The notes beneath the pieces are model-generated. The model worked only from the letters and a program-made list of their open reading frames with translations, was not told where the DNA came from and searched no databases. A stretch of 64,000 nucleotides of DNA, from positions 4,119,668 to 4,183,667 of the forward strand of contig MU057887.1 in the NCBI GenBank assembly GCA_013265495.1, written 5' to 3'. The translations under genes were made by a program, and so were the position numbers. This document shows positions 49,491 to 63,585 of this stretch, one piece after another (position 1 is the stretch's first letter; each line of letters begins with the position of its first letter). The DNA comes from Vicugna vicugna. Taxonomy: Eukaryota.

Positions 49491-51124
49491 AAAAGCTGTC
49501 ATGAAGAAACTCAACCAGCTACAAGAAAACTTAGGCAGTTCAGTGAACTCAGGAATACAATTAATGAACAGAAGGAAGACTTTGCCAAATAGATTGAAAC
49601 TAAAGAAGAACCAAACAGAAATTCTCAACAAATAAGATAAAGGATGCAGTAGAAAACATTGGAAATAGAGCAGACCATATGGAAGAGAGAATTAACAAGC
49701 TCAAAAACAGAAGTCTAGAAGTAACACAAGTAGAAGAGATAAGAGGAATAAGATATTTTAAAAATGAGTTTGGTGAGAGCTGTCCAACTTTCAGGAAGGG
49801 TAACAGTAGTGTAATGGGTATGTCCCACCAGGAGAAGAAAGGGAGAAGGGAGCAGAGAGTTTCTTTAACAATAACAACTGAGAACTTCCCAAACCTGAGG
49901 AAGAAACTGGATATACAAGTCCATGAAGCTAAGATAATAGCTAATTACCTCAATGGAAAAGGTCCTTCTCCAAGACACATTATATTAATATTGTCAAAAG
50001 TCAATGACAAAGAATGTTAAAGGCAGCCAGGGGAAAAATAGTGGTAACTCCCAATAGATTATCAGCAGATTTCTCAGCAGAAACTCTACAGGCCAGGAGG
50101 GAGTGGAATGACATTCTCAAAGTACTGAAAGATAAAAACTGTCACCCGGGAATACTTTATCCAGCAAAGTTATCATTCAGATATGAAGCAAATTAAGACT
50201 TTCCCAGACAAACAAACCCAAGGAAGTTAATTAACACTAGACCTGTCTTACAAGAACTGTTGAAAGGAACTCTTTTACCAGAAATAAAAAGAGAAGTGTA
50301 CACAAAACTTTGAGCAAGGTGATAAATAGACAGAATCAGAAAATCACAACTCTTTATCAGAATAGATTTTTAAACACTTTATTATAAAATAAAGGTTAAA
50401 GGGAGAAAAAGAAGAAAAAACAATGACAGTTACTTCAATTTGGTAAAAAACAAAAACTCAGCATAAAAAGGGATAATTTGAAGCAATAAAAGAAAAACAC
50501 AAAAAGGAAGAGGAAAATGATGGAAACCATAGAGGTAATTGAGGATAAGATGCTATCAACTGAAAAAGGACTATTTTATCTATGAGACATTTTATACAAA
50601 CCAAATATCTAGAACAGAGATATGAAACAAACAAAAGAAATGGAGAAAAAATCATAGAAAACCACTAAACTAAAACAGCAGACAGAAACACAAGAAAAAA
50701 AGAAACAATGGAGAAATAGAGCAACCAGAAAACAAAAGAGAAAATGGCAATACTAAGTCTTCATCTATCAATAACCACCCTTAAAGTAAATGGATTGAAT
50801 TCAGCAGTCAAAAGACACAGAGTGGCTGGATGGATTGAAAAACAAGACTGAATTCTGTGCTGCCTCCTGGAGGCTCACCTCAGCTCTAAAGGCACACATA
50901 GGCTCAAAGTGAAGGGATGGAAGATGATACTCCAAGCAAATGGCAGCCAAAATAAAGTGGGTGTAGCCATACTCATATCAGACAAAGTAGACTTCAAGCC
51001 AAAAAAGGAACAAGAGACAAAAACAAACAGCATATAATGATAAAAAAGACAACTCATCAAGAAGACATAACATGATTTATATATATATACACACACACAA
51101 GCACCTAACAGAGGAGCATAAACA

Positions 51125-51125
51125 T

Positions 51126-51180
<55 letters not shown>

Positions 51181-51182
51181 TA
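51125..51182 (+). repeat. (TTTA)n microsatellite
   Basis: About 14 tandem ttta units, directly visible. Confidence 0.95.
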
Positions 51183-52081
51183 AATTAACAGACCTAAAGG
51201 GATGGAGAAACTGACAGCTACGGGGACTTTAACACCCACTGACATCAATGGATAGATCACCTATACAGAAAGTCCATAAGGAAAGAGTGGTCTTAAATGA
51301 AACATTGGACGAGATGGATTTGATAGATTTGTACAGAACATTCCATTCAAATGCAGTAGAATATACATTCTTCTCAAGTACATATGTAATTTTCTCAAGG
51401 ATAGACCATATGTTGAGACACAAAACAAGTCTCAATAAATTCAAGAAGCTTGAAATAATATCAAGCAATTTTCCAATCCAATGGTATGAAACTAGAAGTC
51501 AACTACAAGAAGAAAGCTGGAAAAATCTCAAATATGTGGAGACTGAATAATATGCTACTGAACAACTATTGGATCAATAAAAAAAAATCTGAAGACAAAT
51601 GAAAATGAAAATACAACATACCAAAATCTGTGGGGACAGCAAAAGTGTAGTTTATGGCAATACAGGCCCACCTCAAGATGTGAGAAAAATCTCAAATAAA
51701 CAATCTAACCTTGCACTTAGATGAATGAGCAAAAGAGCAAACAGAGCCCAAAGTCAGGAGAAGGAAGGAAATAATAAAGATCAGAGCAGAAACAAACGAA
51801 ACAGAGACTAAGAAGACAATAGAAGAGATGAATGAAAATAAGAGGTGGCTCTTTGAAAAGATAAATAAAATTAACAAAAATTTAGCTACATTCACTAAGA
51901 AGAAAAGAGACAAAACCAATAAACTCAGAAATGAAAAAGGAGAAATAATGGATACCTCAGAAAAACAAAGGATTTCAAGAGAATATTATGAATATATACC
52001 CCAACAAACTGGACAACCTAGAAGAAGTTACTGCAATCATATAACCTTCTGAGACTGAATCATGGAGAAATAGAAAATCTG

Positions 52082-55000
52082 CAATGGATCAATGAGGAAA
52101 TCAAAGCTGAAATTAAAAAATACCTTGAGACAAATGATAATGAAAGCACAACCACTCAAAACCTATGGGACACAGCAAAGGCAGTGCTAAGAGGGAAGTT
52201 TATAGCGATACAGGCCTTCCTCAAAAAAGAACAATCTCAAATAAACAAGTTAACCCACCACCTGAATCAATTAGAAAAAGAAGAACAAAAAGCCCCAAAA
52301 AGCAGCAGAAGGAAGGAAATAATAAAGATCAGAGAGGAATTAAATACAATAGAGATTAACAAGACCATAGAAAAAATCAACCAAACCAAAAGCTGGTTTT
52401 TTGAAAAAGTAAATAAAATCGACAAACCTCTGGCCAAACTCACAAAGAAGAAAAAAGAGAGAGCACAAATTAGCAAAATAAGAAAGGAAAATGGAGAAAT
52501 TACAACAAACAAAATAGAAATACAGAATATCATACGAGAATATTATGAAAAACTATATGGAACCAAACTGGATAACCTAGAGGAGATGGACAAGTTTCTG
52601 GAAACATACTGTCCACCAAAACTGAATCAAGAAGAAACTGAACACTTGAACAATCCGATCACTAGAAAGGAAATAGAAATAGCAATTAAAAACCTCCCTA
52701 CAAATAAAAGTCCAGGACCGGACGGCTTCACCGGGGAATTCTACCAAACATACAAAGAAGAACTCATACCAGTCCTTCTCAAACTCTTCCAGACGATTGA
52801 AAAGGAGGGAATACTCCCAAACTCATTCTATGAAGCCACCATCACCCTGATACCAAAACCAGGCAAAGACACTACAAAAAAAGAGAATTATAGGCCAATA
52901 TCACTGATGAACATAGACGCCAAAATCCTCACCAAAATTTTAGCAAATAGAATCCAACAACACATAAAAAAGATTATACATCATGACCAAGTGGGGTTCA
53001 TCCCAGGGACACAAGGCTGGTTCAACATACGCAAATCAATCAATGTAATACATCACATCAACAAGAGAAAGGACAAAAACCACATGATCATCTCAATCGA
53101 TGCAGAAAAAGCATTTGATAAAATTCAACACCCATTTATGATAAAAACTCTCGCCAAAGTGGGTATAGAGGGAACATATCTCAACATAATAAAAGCTATA
53201 TATGACAAACCTATAGCCAGCATAGTTCTCAACGGTGAAAAACTCAAAAGCTTCCCACTAAAATCTGGGACAAGACAAGGATGCCCACTATCACCACTCC
53301 TATTCAATATAGTCCTGGAAGTCCTAGCCACAGCAATCAGGCAAGAGAAAGAAATAAAAGGGATCCAAATTGGAAAAGAAGAGGTAAAAGTGTCATTATA
53401 TGCTGACGACATGTTACTATATATAGAAAACCCTAAAAGGTCCACAAAAAAGCTACTAGAGCTGATCGAAGAATTCAGCAAGGTAGCAGGTTACAAAATT
53501 AATGTTCAAAAATCAGTTGCCTTTCTTTACACTAACGATAAATCAACAGAAAAAGAAAGTAAAGAAACAATCCCCTTTAAAATAGCACCCAAAGTAATAA
53601 AATATCTGGGAATAAATCTAACCAAGGAGGTGAAAGAATTATACACAGAAAACTATAAACCATTGATGAAGGAAATTAAAGAAGACTTTAAAAAATGGAA
53701 AGATATTCCATGCTCTTGGATTGGAAGAATCAATATTGTTAAAATGGTCACACTGCCCAAGGCAATCTACAGATTTAATGCAATCCCTATCCAATTACCC
53801 AGGACATATTTCACAGAACTAGAACAAATCATAATAAAATTTATATGGAACCATCAAAGACCTAGAATTGCTAAAGCATTACTGAAGAGAAAGAAAGAGG
53901 CTGGAGGAATAACTCTCCCAGACTTCAGACAATACTATAGAGCTACAGTCATCAAGACAGCATGGTATTGGTACCAAAACAGACATATAGACCAATGGAA
54001 CAGAATAGAGAGCCCAGAAATGAACCCACAAACTTTTGGTCAACTCATCTTCGACAAAGGAGGCAAGAATATACAATGGAATAAAGACAGTCTCTTCAGC
54101 AAATGGTGTTGGGAAAACTGGACAGCAGCATGTAAAACAATGAAGCTAGAACACACCCTTACACCATATACAAAAATCAACTCAAAATGGATTAAAGACT
54201 TAAACATAAGACAAGATACAATAAACCTCCTAGAGGAAAACATAGGCAAAACATTATCTGACATACATTTCAAAAATTTTCTCCTAGAAGAAATAAAAGC
54301 AAGAATAAACAAATGGGACCTAATGAAACTTACAAGCTTCTGCAGAGCAAAGGAAACCAGAAATAAAACAAGAAGAAAACCTACGGAATGGGAGAAAATT
54401 TTTGCAAGTGAAACCGACAAAGGCTTGATCTCCAAAATATATAAGCAGCTCATACGACTCAATAAGAAAAAAATAAACAACCCAATCCAAAAATGGGCAG
54501 AAGACCTAAACAAGCAATTCTCCAAGGAAGACATACAAATGATCAAAAAGCACATGAAAAAATGTTCAATATCACTAATTATCAGAGAAATGCAAATCAA
54601 AACTACAATGAGGTATCACCTCACACCAGTCAGAATGGCCGTCATTCAAAAATCCAAAAATGACAAATGCTGGAGAGGCTGTGGAGAAAGGGGAACCCTC
54701 CTACACTGCTGGTGGGAATGCAGTTTGGTGCAGCCACTATGGAAAACAGTGTGGAGATTCCTCAAAAGACTAGGAATAGACTTACCATATGACCCAGGAA
54801 TCCCACTCCTGGGCTTGTATCCAGAAGGAAATCTACTTCAGGATGACACCTGCACCCCAATGTTCATAGCAGCACTATTTACAATAGCCAAAACATGGAA
54901 ACAACCTAAATGTCCATCAACAGGTGACTGGATAAAGAAGATGTGGTATATTTATACAATGGAATACTACTCAGCCATAAAAACCGACAACATAATGCCA

Positions 55001-55434
55001 TTTGCAGCAACATGGATGCTCCTAGAGAATGTCATTCTAAGTGAAGTAAGCCAGAAAGAGAAAGAAAAATACCATATGAGATCGCTCATATGTGGAATCT
55101 AAAAAACAAAAACAAACAAACAAACAAAAACAAAGCATAAATACAGGACAGAAATAGACTCATGGACAGAGAATACAGACTTGTGGTTACTGGTGGCGGG
55201 GGTAGAGTGTGGGAAGGGATAGACTGGGATTTCAAAATTGTAGAATAGATAAACAAGATTACACTTTATAGCACAGGGAAATATACACAAAATGTTATGA
55301 TAAATCACAGAGAAAAAAATGTGACAATGAGTATGTATATGTCCATGAATGACTGAAAAATTGTGCTGAACACTGGAATTTGGCACAACACTGTAAAATG
55401 ATTATGAATCAATAAAAAATGTAAAAAAAAAAAA
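52082..55434 (+). mobile_element. Young 5'-truncated L1 with an uninterrupted ORF2 frame (52082-55102), 3'UTR and poly(A)
   Basis: [19 protein letters not shown]... through RT motifs ([27 protein letters not shown]) and [18 protein letters not shown] to the stop at 55102. Endonuclease domain absent. AATAAA at 55411 then an A tail. Confidence 0.97.
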
Positions 55435-56355
55435 GAAAGTCTGGACAGGCCTGTCACTAGTACAGAGATTTAAAAGGTGATCAACAAGCTCCCAAACTCA
55501 AAAGTCCAGGGCCAGACGGCCTCATAGGCAAATGCTACCAGACATTCAAAGAAGATTTAATACCTATCTACAGATTCAATGCAATCTCTGTCAATATCCC
55601 AAGGACTTTTTTTCACAGAAAATTTATATGGAACCACAAAAAACCCTGAATAGCCAAAGCAATCTTGAGAAAAAACAAACAAACCTGGAACTCCCTGATT
55701 TCAAACCATATTACAAAATCATAGTAATTAGAACAGCATGGTTCTAGGAGAAAAAAAGATACATAGATGAATGAAAAAGAGTTGAGAGCCTAGAAAGAAA
55801 CCTATACATATATGGTCAATTAAGTTATGACAAAGGGGCAAAGAACACACAGTGTAGAAAGGATAGTCTCTTCAATAAACGGTGTTAGAAAAACCAGGCA
55901 GCCACATACTACTCAAATACCACTCAGCCAAGAAAGATGAAATCTTGTCATTTGTGACAAGCTGTATGGACATTGAGAATATTATGCTAAATGAAATAAA
56001 TCAGACAGAAAAAGGTAAATACAGTATGATTTCACTCATATGTGGAATATAAAAAACAAGCAAAAAAAGAAAAAACCAAAATAAATGAACAAAACAAACC
56101 AAACAAAAATAAAGATGTAAATACAGGGAACAGAATAGTGGTTACCAGAGGAGGAGGCGCGGGAAGGCGAAAAGGTCTGCACTGGGATGGATGGAAACTA
56201 AATTCCTAGTGGTGAGCGCGCTGTAGGGCACACAGAAGTAGAAATATAATGTAAGCTATAAGGATTAAGAAATATAATGTACACATGAAACTTATATAAT
56301 GTTATAAACCAATGTTACCTCAATAATAAATGAAAGTTTAAAAAATAAAAACTGT

Positions 56356-56780
56356 GTTTCATGGAAAAAGTGGCCAGTTCAGCTGCCAGCTGAAAGAATT
56401 GTGTAAGTAGTTGTGACAACCACTGGACTTCAGTATGCAGCGCTTTCTGTCACCACACTGACTATTAGAATTGTTAAGTGTCAAGGCTTAATTAATTTTA
56501 ATACATTTTATTGCTTTATCAAGTAAGTGAAACTGATTAGTAAGTGAAACTGCCCCCTGCCATGAGCATGTAGCAGTGATTTTGATTACTATTTGGTACC
56601 ACTGCTTTGATTTGTGTTAAGGAACCAGCAGTTTTACCAACCATTGCTTTTGCACCATTAATGCAACTGTCAATCCAATAGGAAAGCAAATAACATCTTA
56701 GTATTAGACAGATAATTTTGACCTTGCTGAACTTTGGAGACTCCAGGAATCCACAGATCACATTTTGGGGACCACTGCTG
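56356..56780 (-). mobile_element. Charlie1-like hAT DNA transposon, right part with terminus
   Basis: Ends ...cagatcacattttggggaccactg (reverse complement cagtggtccccaaaatgtg), an hAT/Charlie terminal motif. Confidence 0.7.
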
Positions 56781-58039
56781 TAGTATATCATAGGAATCAT
56801 AGAATATGTGTGTTTTCAGTTTTACTAAATATTGCTAAATTTCTCTCCAAACTGGTTATCCCAATTTCTATTCTGTAACAGTAGGATAATATTTGGCCAT
56901 AAGTCACTAAGACCCAGAATAACAGTGACTTAAGTAAAAGAGAAAATTTGGTGATGCTGTGTGTGGTTGAACACATAGGATATACTCAGTGGAGGCCCTG
57001 GAATTACACAGTGCCCAGGTTTAGAATGGCCAGCCCTGGGCATCGATGGTGTCTCTGTTCCTTGAAACCCTTTATGATCCAGGTTTCTTTTATCTTGTTC
57101 TGCCTTTGTGTCCTCCATTCCCAAGGTTACTTCATGATTCAACAAGTGCTTCCAGCTTTAAGCCAGCAGGGATAAGAAGGTCTGAGTCGGACGATCACAC
57201 ACCTCTTGCCTGCAGTCTCTTAAAGGAAATATCTAGAAACAGCCACATGCTACTAGCTACATGGGAGACTGAAAACTGTATTTTATTTTAGAGGGCTAAA
57301 TGGCTGATTAAAAATCTGGATTCTACAATTATGTGGGACAGTGAGCAGTTTCTGCTACAGCCCACTTCTTTGGTCGTTCACAGGTCCATGCATTCTTTTT
57401 TCCTGTGTATGGAACACCCTCACTTTATCCCTAGGGGGATCATTTGCAGAGGTTTCACGTAGCTTAAAGCTCAGGTTCCTTGAGTTATGCATTTTGTTCC
57501 AAAAGGTCTAGCTGTAGATCCTTGTGGACCAGGGATTTTAAAAAATGAAAAGATACATTTTTGCTTCCCAATATAATCAATTTACAACAATTTATAAATT
57601 TAGTGGTTTATAAACTGAAAAATATTTTATGTGTCCCAAGCATACAAGAGAGTAAGAGTAGGATAAGTTCAATAAAAACCCCTATTAAGAAAAGGCAACA
57701 CAGGCAACATGTAAGTCTGGTCCACGACACTTTCCAAATCCTATTGAGCAGAAATAGTGAAGGCCCTTCCCTGGCAGGAGAGAAAGTTCCTTGTTTTGGC
57801 AGCCCCCAGCCATGTTCTCTGGGAAATTTTCCCTTTCCCATTCTGCTTCATATCCATATCTGAAGATGGCACTGAAGTGCGTGCCCTTCTGGGGCTGTGC
57901 AGCCTTTTCTGTGGGATTGAATGCTTACTGGCTTTTTTGTAGGGGTTACTTTAGGAGGCAAATGGTCACAGGCAAGTGGTCCCAGGCAAACTAGGATTGC
58001 TGTTCTTCACAAAATTTCACTAATGATCAATTCTAGATT

Positions 58040-59250
58040 CTTAACGTGAGTTGGGAAGGGTTCTTTCCTGCTATTTTCTGAAGTGTTTCTTCTAGAATAC
58101 GTACAGCTTCTTCCTTTAATGTTTTTTAGAATTCACCAGTAAAGCAATCTGGGTCTAAAGCTTTCTTTGTAGGTAAGTTTTAAGCTGAGAATTCAGTTTA
58201 TTTAATACCTATAGGTCCATTTGGATTTTCCCCTTCTTCCTGTTCCAGCTTTGATAATTTGTGTCTTTCGAAGAATTTATTCATTTAATCTAAGTTGTCA
58301 AATTTATTGGCAAAAATTAGTTTATAGTAATTTTTATTATCCTCTTTGTATCTATTGAATCTAAAGTAATGTCCCTTATTTCATTTCTGACGCTGGTAAT
58401 TTATGGCTACTCACTTTTTTCCTTAATTAGTGTAACTAGAGGTTTGTCAACTTTATGGAATTTTTCAAAGAACCAGCTTTTGGTTTTATTGATTTTCCTC
58501 AATTGCTTTTATGTTTTCTGTTTCACTGATTTCTGTTCTTTCCTTCTAGTTCATTGGTTCTTCTCCCTTCCAGCCTTTACATTTAGCCTAATTTTTGTTT
58601 TTATATTAAAGTCCATTTCTTGAGACAGCCTATAGTTGGGTCTCACTTTTGTATACAGTCTGACAATATCTGCATTGTAATTTAAGTGTTTAAAACATTT
58701 CCATTTAATGTAATTATTGACATTTTTGTTTTAAATCTACCATCTTGGCTATTTGTTTTATATTTGTCCCATTTTACCTTTATTTAATTCCTCCTCTTTT
58801 TTGCTCTCTTTTGTATTAAACAAACGTGTTTAAGAATTCCATGTTATCTCCACTCTTAGCTAATTGGCTTATATCTCTGTAATTGTTAATGCATATTCTC
58901 CAGGGTTTGCAGTATACACTTTCAGGCTATCACGCCACCTCAGCTTACTACCTCACATATAAACACCTCACAGCAGTGGGTCTCCAGTTCTCCCACCCTG
59001 TGCTGCTGTCGCTGTGTGCTCTGTTCACACACAGCGTTTTAGACTCTATAACACACCGCCGATCTAAGAAGTGGATACAGTCAATTGTATTTTAAAGAAA
59101 TTCAAACATGAGAAAAAGTCTTTTAGGATTACTCTCAGTCCTCTTTATTCCTTTGGGTAGACCCAGGTTCTCTTCAGGTATGTTTTTATTCATTCTAAAG
59201 AACTTATTTTAATGTTTTTTGTATTGTGTATATGCTAGTGAAAAATTATC
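58040..59250 (-). mobile_element. Ancient L1M fragments, antisense
   Basis: T-rich antisense ORF2 motifs: tagaattcaccagtaaagcaatctggg, ttttcaaagaaccagcttttggttttattg. Confidence 0.7.
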
Positions 59251-59261
59251 TCAGATTTTCC

Positions 59262-60676
59262 TTTTGTACAACAAAGGAAACTATAAACAAAAGGAAAAGA
59301 CGACCTACAGAATGGGATAAAATATTTGCAAATGATGTGACTAACAAGGGCTTAATTTCCAGAATATATAAACAGCTCATACAGCTTAATATCAAAAACA
59401 AACAACCCAATCAAAAAATGGGCAGAAGATCCAAACAAACATTTCTCCAATGAAGGCATACACTGGCCAATAGGTACATGAAAAATGCATAACATCACTA
59501 ATCATCAGAGAAATACAGATCAAAGCAGCAATGAGATATCACTTCACACCAGTCAAAATAACCATCATTAAAAACTCCACAAACACTAATCAAACTTATA
59601 AGCTTTTGCACAGCAAAGGAAACCATAAGCAAAACAAAAAGACAACCTACAGAATAGGAGAAAATATTTGCAAAATCTAAGGCTGACAAGGGCTTAATTT
59701 CCAGAATATATAAACAACTCATACAACTTAATAAGAAAAAAACAAACAACCCAATCCAAAAATGGGCAGAAGACCTGAACAAGCAATTCTCCAATGAAGA
59801 CATACGAATAGCCAACGTGAACATGAAAAAATGCTCAGTATCACTAATTATCAGAGAAATGCAAATCAAAACTACAATGAGGTATCACGTCACAACAGTC
59901 AGAATGGCCATAATTCAGAAGTCCACAAATGATAAATACTGGAGAGGGTGTGGAGAAAAGGGGACCCTCCTACACCTGTTGGTGGGAATGTAGTTTGGTA
60001 CAGACGTTATGGAAAACAGTATGGAGATTCCTCAAAAAACTAAAAATAGGCTTACCATATGATCCAGCAGTCCCATTCCTGGGCATATATCTGGAGGGAA
60101 CCTTAATTCAAAAAAAACACAAGTACCCCAATGTTCATAGTAGCAATATTTACAATAACCAAGACATGGAAGCAATCTAAATGTCCATTGACAGATGATT
60201 GGATAAAGAAGAGGTGGTATATTTATACAATGGAATACTACTCAGCCATAAAAAGCCATTTCCAGCAACATGGGTGAACCTGGAGAATATCATTCTAAGT
60301 GAAATAAGTCAGAAAGAGGAAGAAAAATACCACATGATATCACTTATATGTGGAATCTAAAAAAATGACACAAATGATTTTACTTACAAAACAGAAACAG
60401 ACTCATAGATACAGAAAACAAACTTATGGTTACCAAGGAGGAAAAGGGGTATGGATGGATAAAGTGGGAGTTTGGGATTTGCAGATATGCACTTCTATAC
60501 ATAAAGTAGATAAACAAGGTCCTACTGTACAGCACAGGGAACTATATTCAATGCCTTATAATAACCTATGATGAAAAATAATATGAGAAGGAATATAGGT
60601 ATGTAGAACTGAATCACTATGTTGTACACCAGATATTAACACAACATTGTAAACAGACTATACTGCAATTTAAAAA
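59262..60676 (+). mobile_element. Two adjacent L1 3' fragments (59262-59585 and 59586-60676), the second complete to the 3'UTR
   Basis: The ORF2 segment KETI...PTEW.KIFA...[15 protein letters not shown] occurs twice in succession; tail gactatactgcaatttaaaaa. Confidence 0.85.
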
Positions 60677-60689
60677 GCAGATTATAAGC

Positions 60690-61270
60690 AATTAAAGGCA
60701 GAATTGGTGAGCTAAAAGATAAATATCAGAATAAATTATCCTGAATATTACCTGGAAAGACATAGAGATGGAAAATGTAAAAGGTCAGGGGCTATGGAGG
60801 CTAGAACAAGAAGGTCCAGCGTAAGTCTTATTGGGGTCCCAGAAGGAGGAGAGATGGAATGGAGCAGAGGCAACATTTGAAGAGATAATTTCTAAACTGA
60901 GGAAAGAGAATTCATATAGATAAGAATCTCAGTGAACCTTGGCAGAACAAATAAATACACCACACCTAGGTATACTGTATTGAAACTTCAGAACACCAAA
61001 GACAAGGAAAGAAGTCCTAAATGTAGCTGGAGAAGAAAAGGTAATTACCTTTAAAGGAGTGGCAGACTGAGAGGTGGCTTCTCATACCAACAAGGGAGTT
61101 CAGAGGAAGACAGTGGATGATGATGGAAATGAACTACCTGACATAGTAGTCCATATCTAGTAAGAATATCTTTCAGGAGTCAGGACAAAAAAATAAAGGC
61201 ATTTTTAGACAAACTGAGAGTTTACCTCCCCAAGCTCTCAATAAAGAAAATTCTGAAGAATGCACTTCGG
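60690..61270 (+). mobile_element. Ancient L1 ORF1 remnant
   Basis: attggggtcccagaaggagga...gaggcaacatttgaagagataat resembles IGVPE...AIFEEI of ORF1. Confidence 0.6.
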
Positions 61271-61687
61271 ACCAAAGGACACTTTTAAGGTATTTAGATT
61301 TCAAAGATTGTTGTTATTTCCTAATGACAATCCCTTAAGAAAAAAAAAGCTTCAACTCTGATTCATTATGATAATAGTTTTTCTCATTGGTAGAAATCTG
61401 TTTTCTGAAAGATATAACTATTTGTGAGAATTCTTTCTTAAACTAAAAGAAGGATATTTTTTTACTGTCCTTTCCTGTAAGGCATAACAGTATTGCAAAT
61501 CCCATGGCTTTGGATCCCTTATTGGAACAGAGATGAGAATATACTGTTTCTTTTAACACTGGATTATGTTGGTTTGCTGATGTAAACAATCCAGAAGAGA
61601 AGCTGGTGATTCCAAAAAGGGGGCTAATTTCAAGCAAGGAACTTGATTTGGTAATGAGAAAAGTTGGAAGATCAATAGGCTGGAGAT

Positions 61688-62208
61688 CTGTGGTGGTTTT
61701 ATAACACAGCCTCCAAATTCTTTGACACGCCTCCATTGAGAGTTGGTGTCCATGGCTGCTCTCTTGAATATGGATGGGATTGTGACTGCTTTAGCCAACA
61801 GATACGACAAAAGTGATGCCATGTGACTTCCAAGGCTAGATCAGAGAAGGCCATGCATCTGCCCCCTGGCCTTCCTAGGACACTCACTCTGGGGGAAGCC
61901 TGCCATTCTGTAAGAAGCCCAGCTACCCTGAGACTTCTATGCTGGAGAGGCCAGGTGTAGGTGCTGGTTGACAGCCTCAGCTGAGCTCCCAGTCAACGGT
62001 CAGTGACAACTGCCAACCTTGTGAGTGAGCCATCTTGGATGTCCAGCCCAGCTTACCTCTGGCTATAAACAAACTGCATGAGAAACCCCTGACAAGAACT
62101 TCCCACTGGAGTCCTTCCTGAATTTATAACCTAAAAACTATAAGTAAAGTGGTTGTTTAATTCCTCTAAATTTGGTGGTAATTTAGTACACAGCAGTAGT
62201 ACCGGGAA
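61688..62208 (+). mobile_element. MLT1-type MaLR solo LTR
   Basis: tgtggtggtttt...gtgacttccaaggctagatca...gtgagtgagccatcttggatgtccagccca...tttggtggtaatttagtacacagcagtag. Confidence 0.8.
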
Positions 62209-63457
62209 CAAGTTTCTTACGGAGTCAAATAATTGTGGATTTCGTGGTAATAAGAAAGCAAGAAAAATCGGAAGTGATGGTCAGAGAATTGTGAGCTTAA
62301 AATCAAGATTCAAGAGGTAGTGAAGCTACTAGTTATGACAGAATTCCCAATAAAGTATGGCTCATAAGCTTTTCATTTTTTGTTTCAGCTATTGGCATTT
62401 AAAATTTTGTGTTTGTGACTTCCGTGCTATGTGAGTGAAATAAAAGACAGATAGTTTGCATTTGTTTATTTTCTAATCTATGAGAAAATTGTCAGAAAGT
62501 GTCCCCTGACTTTCTAGGATTGATCTGTGGTCAAGACTGCTGAGACTGTGTTGCTGTTCCAATCTTCCATTGTAAGTCCAGCCAATTTTGTGTTTTGTAC
62601 TAACTGTACCATTAGTGGACCACATACTATCAGACTGTTGGCTGGTCAGAAGTCAAGAGTGTTGGATGGGTCACTTATGTGGATGTTCATGTTAACCAGT
62701 TTGATGACAAGACTCAGGATTGAAAGGAAAGCTGGGAAGTTTTGGTCAAAACTGTTTGTGAATTCTGGGAAGAGATCTGGAGTTTTGTGGGGAAAATCAA
62801 AGAGTGGTTAATACATCCAGACTCCTTGAACCCCAGAAATGAAGAATGTTCTTAGTGTTACTAAAATTGAAAAGACAAATGATGAAAAGGATTTAATCCC
62901 CCAGACCTGGTAGAGCCTATAAGCCCTCATTCACTCATTCATTCACATATTTGCTGACCACCTACTGTGTGCCAGGCACTGGGCTTGGAGCTTGGAAGTT
63001 TAAAGAGAGATAAAATACTGTCTCTGTTCTCTTGCAGCTCTCAATCATTGAGAGGGAAACATACATTTATAAATGTCATTCTTACAAAAGCACTGTAATT
63101 GAGATAAAATATAAATTGTTGTTGGACCACAAAAGAGGGCACCATCTGCCCCTGGCCATAGGCCTTTTCTCTCGGCTGGAATGATTGCCATCCAAAGAAT
63201 GATGTCACCTTTCCCATCTTGCGTGAGCTCCTTCTGTCCTGTGGTTTCCAAGCATCAATCACTCAAGAGCCTAATCCTTCAGAAATAATTTTCTACAGAA
63301 ATAAATGGACAAAGAAATATCAGGGCATATAATTTCCATCAAGCAAAAAGGAATAATTTTACTGCCACCTTGTTGAAACTCCAGCATCCCTCTTTAGCCA
63401 AATCTTCTCCACAGTCTCCCTATCCTGCTCCTCCTAACTTTCTTTAATAACCATACT

Positions 63458-63585
63458 GGGAGTGGGTGGGTTATAGCTCATGCTTAGCATGTGCAAGGTC
63501 CTGGGTTCAATCCCCAGTACCTCCATTAAAAAATAGATAAACTTAATTACCTCCCCCCAAAACAAACAAAAACAAAAAACAAACA
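63458..63585 (+). mobile_element. tRNA-derived SINE, camelid Vic-1-like
   Basis: tatagctca...tgcttagcatg..aggtcctgggttcaatccccagtacctcc (B box GGTTCAATCC); A-rich tail; perfect 12-nt TSD aataaccatact at 63446-63457 and 63586-63597. Confidence 0.85.

Larger units (their letters stand above)
48468..56355 (+). mobile_element. Older near full-length L1 (5'UTR, ORF1, degenerate and internally deleted ORF2, 3'UTR), split by younger insertions
   Basis: 5' end gtgatgtcagcaagaaggcaga. ORF1 peptide [28 protein letters not shown]; endonuclease-region peptide DLIDLYRTFHSNAVEYTFFSS...SRIDHML; 3'UTR to ~56345; flanking repeat gtttcatgg at 48459-48467 and 56356-56364. Confidence 0.88.

Noticed and set aside
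52184..55102. Domesticated host gene or autonomous L1
   Set aside because: Plain L1 ORF2 with its own 3'UTR, poly(A) and TSD-like flanks; lacks its own promoter, ORF1 and endonuclease domain.
63458..63530. tRNA gene
   Set aside because: D-arm/A-box is deleted, and the A-rich tail and TSDs show it is a SINE.
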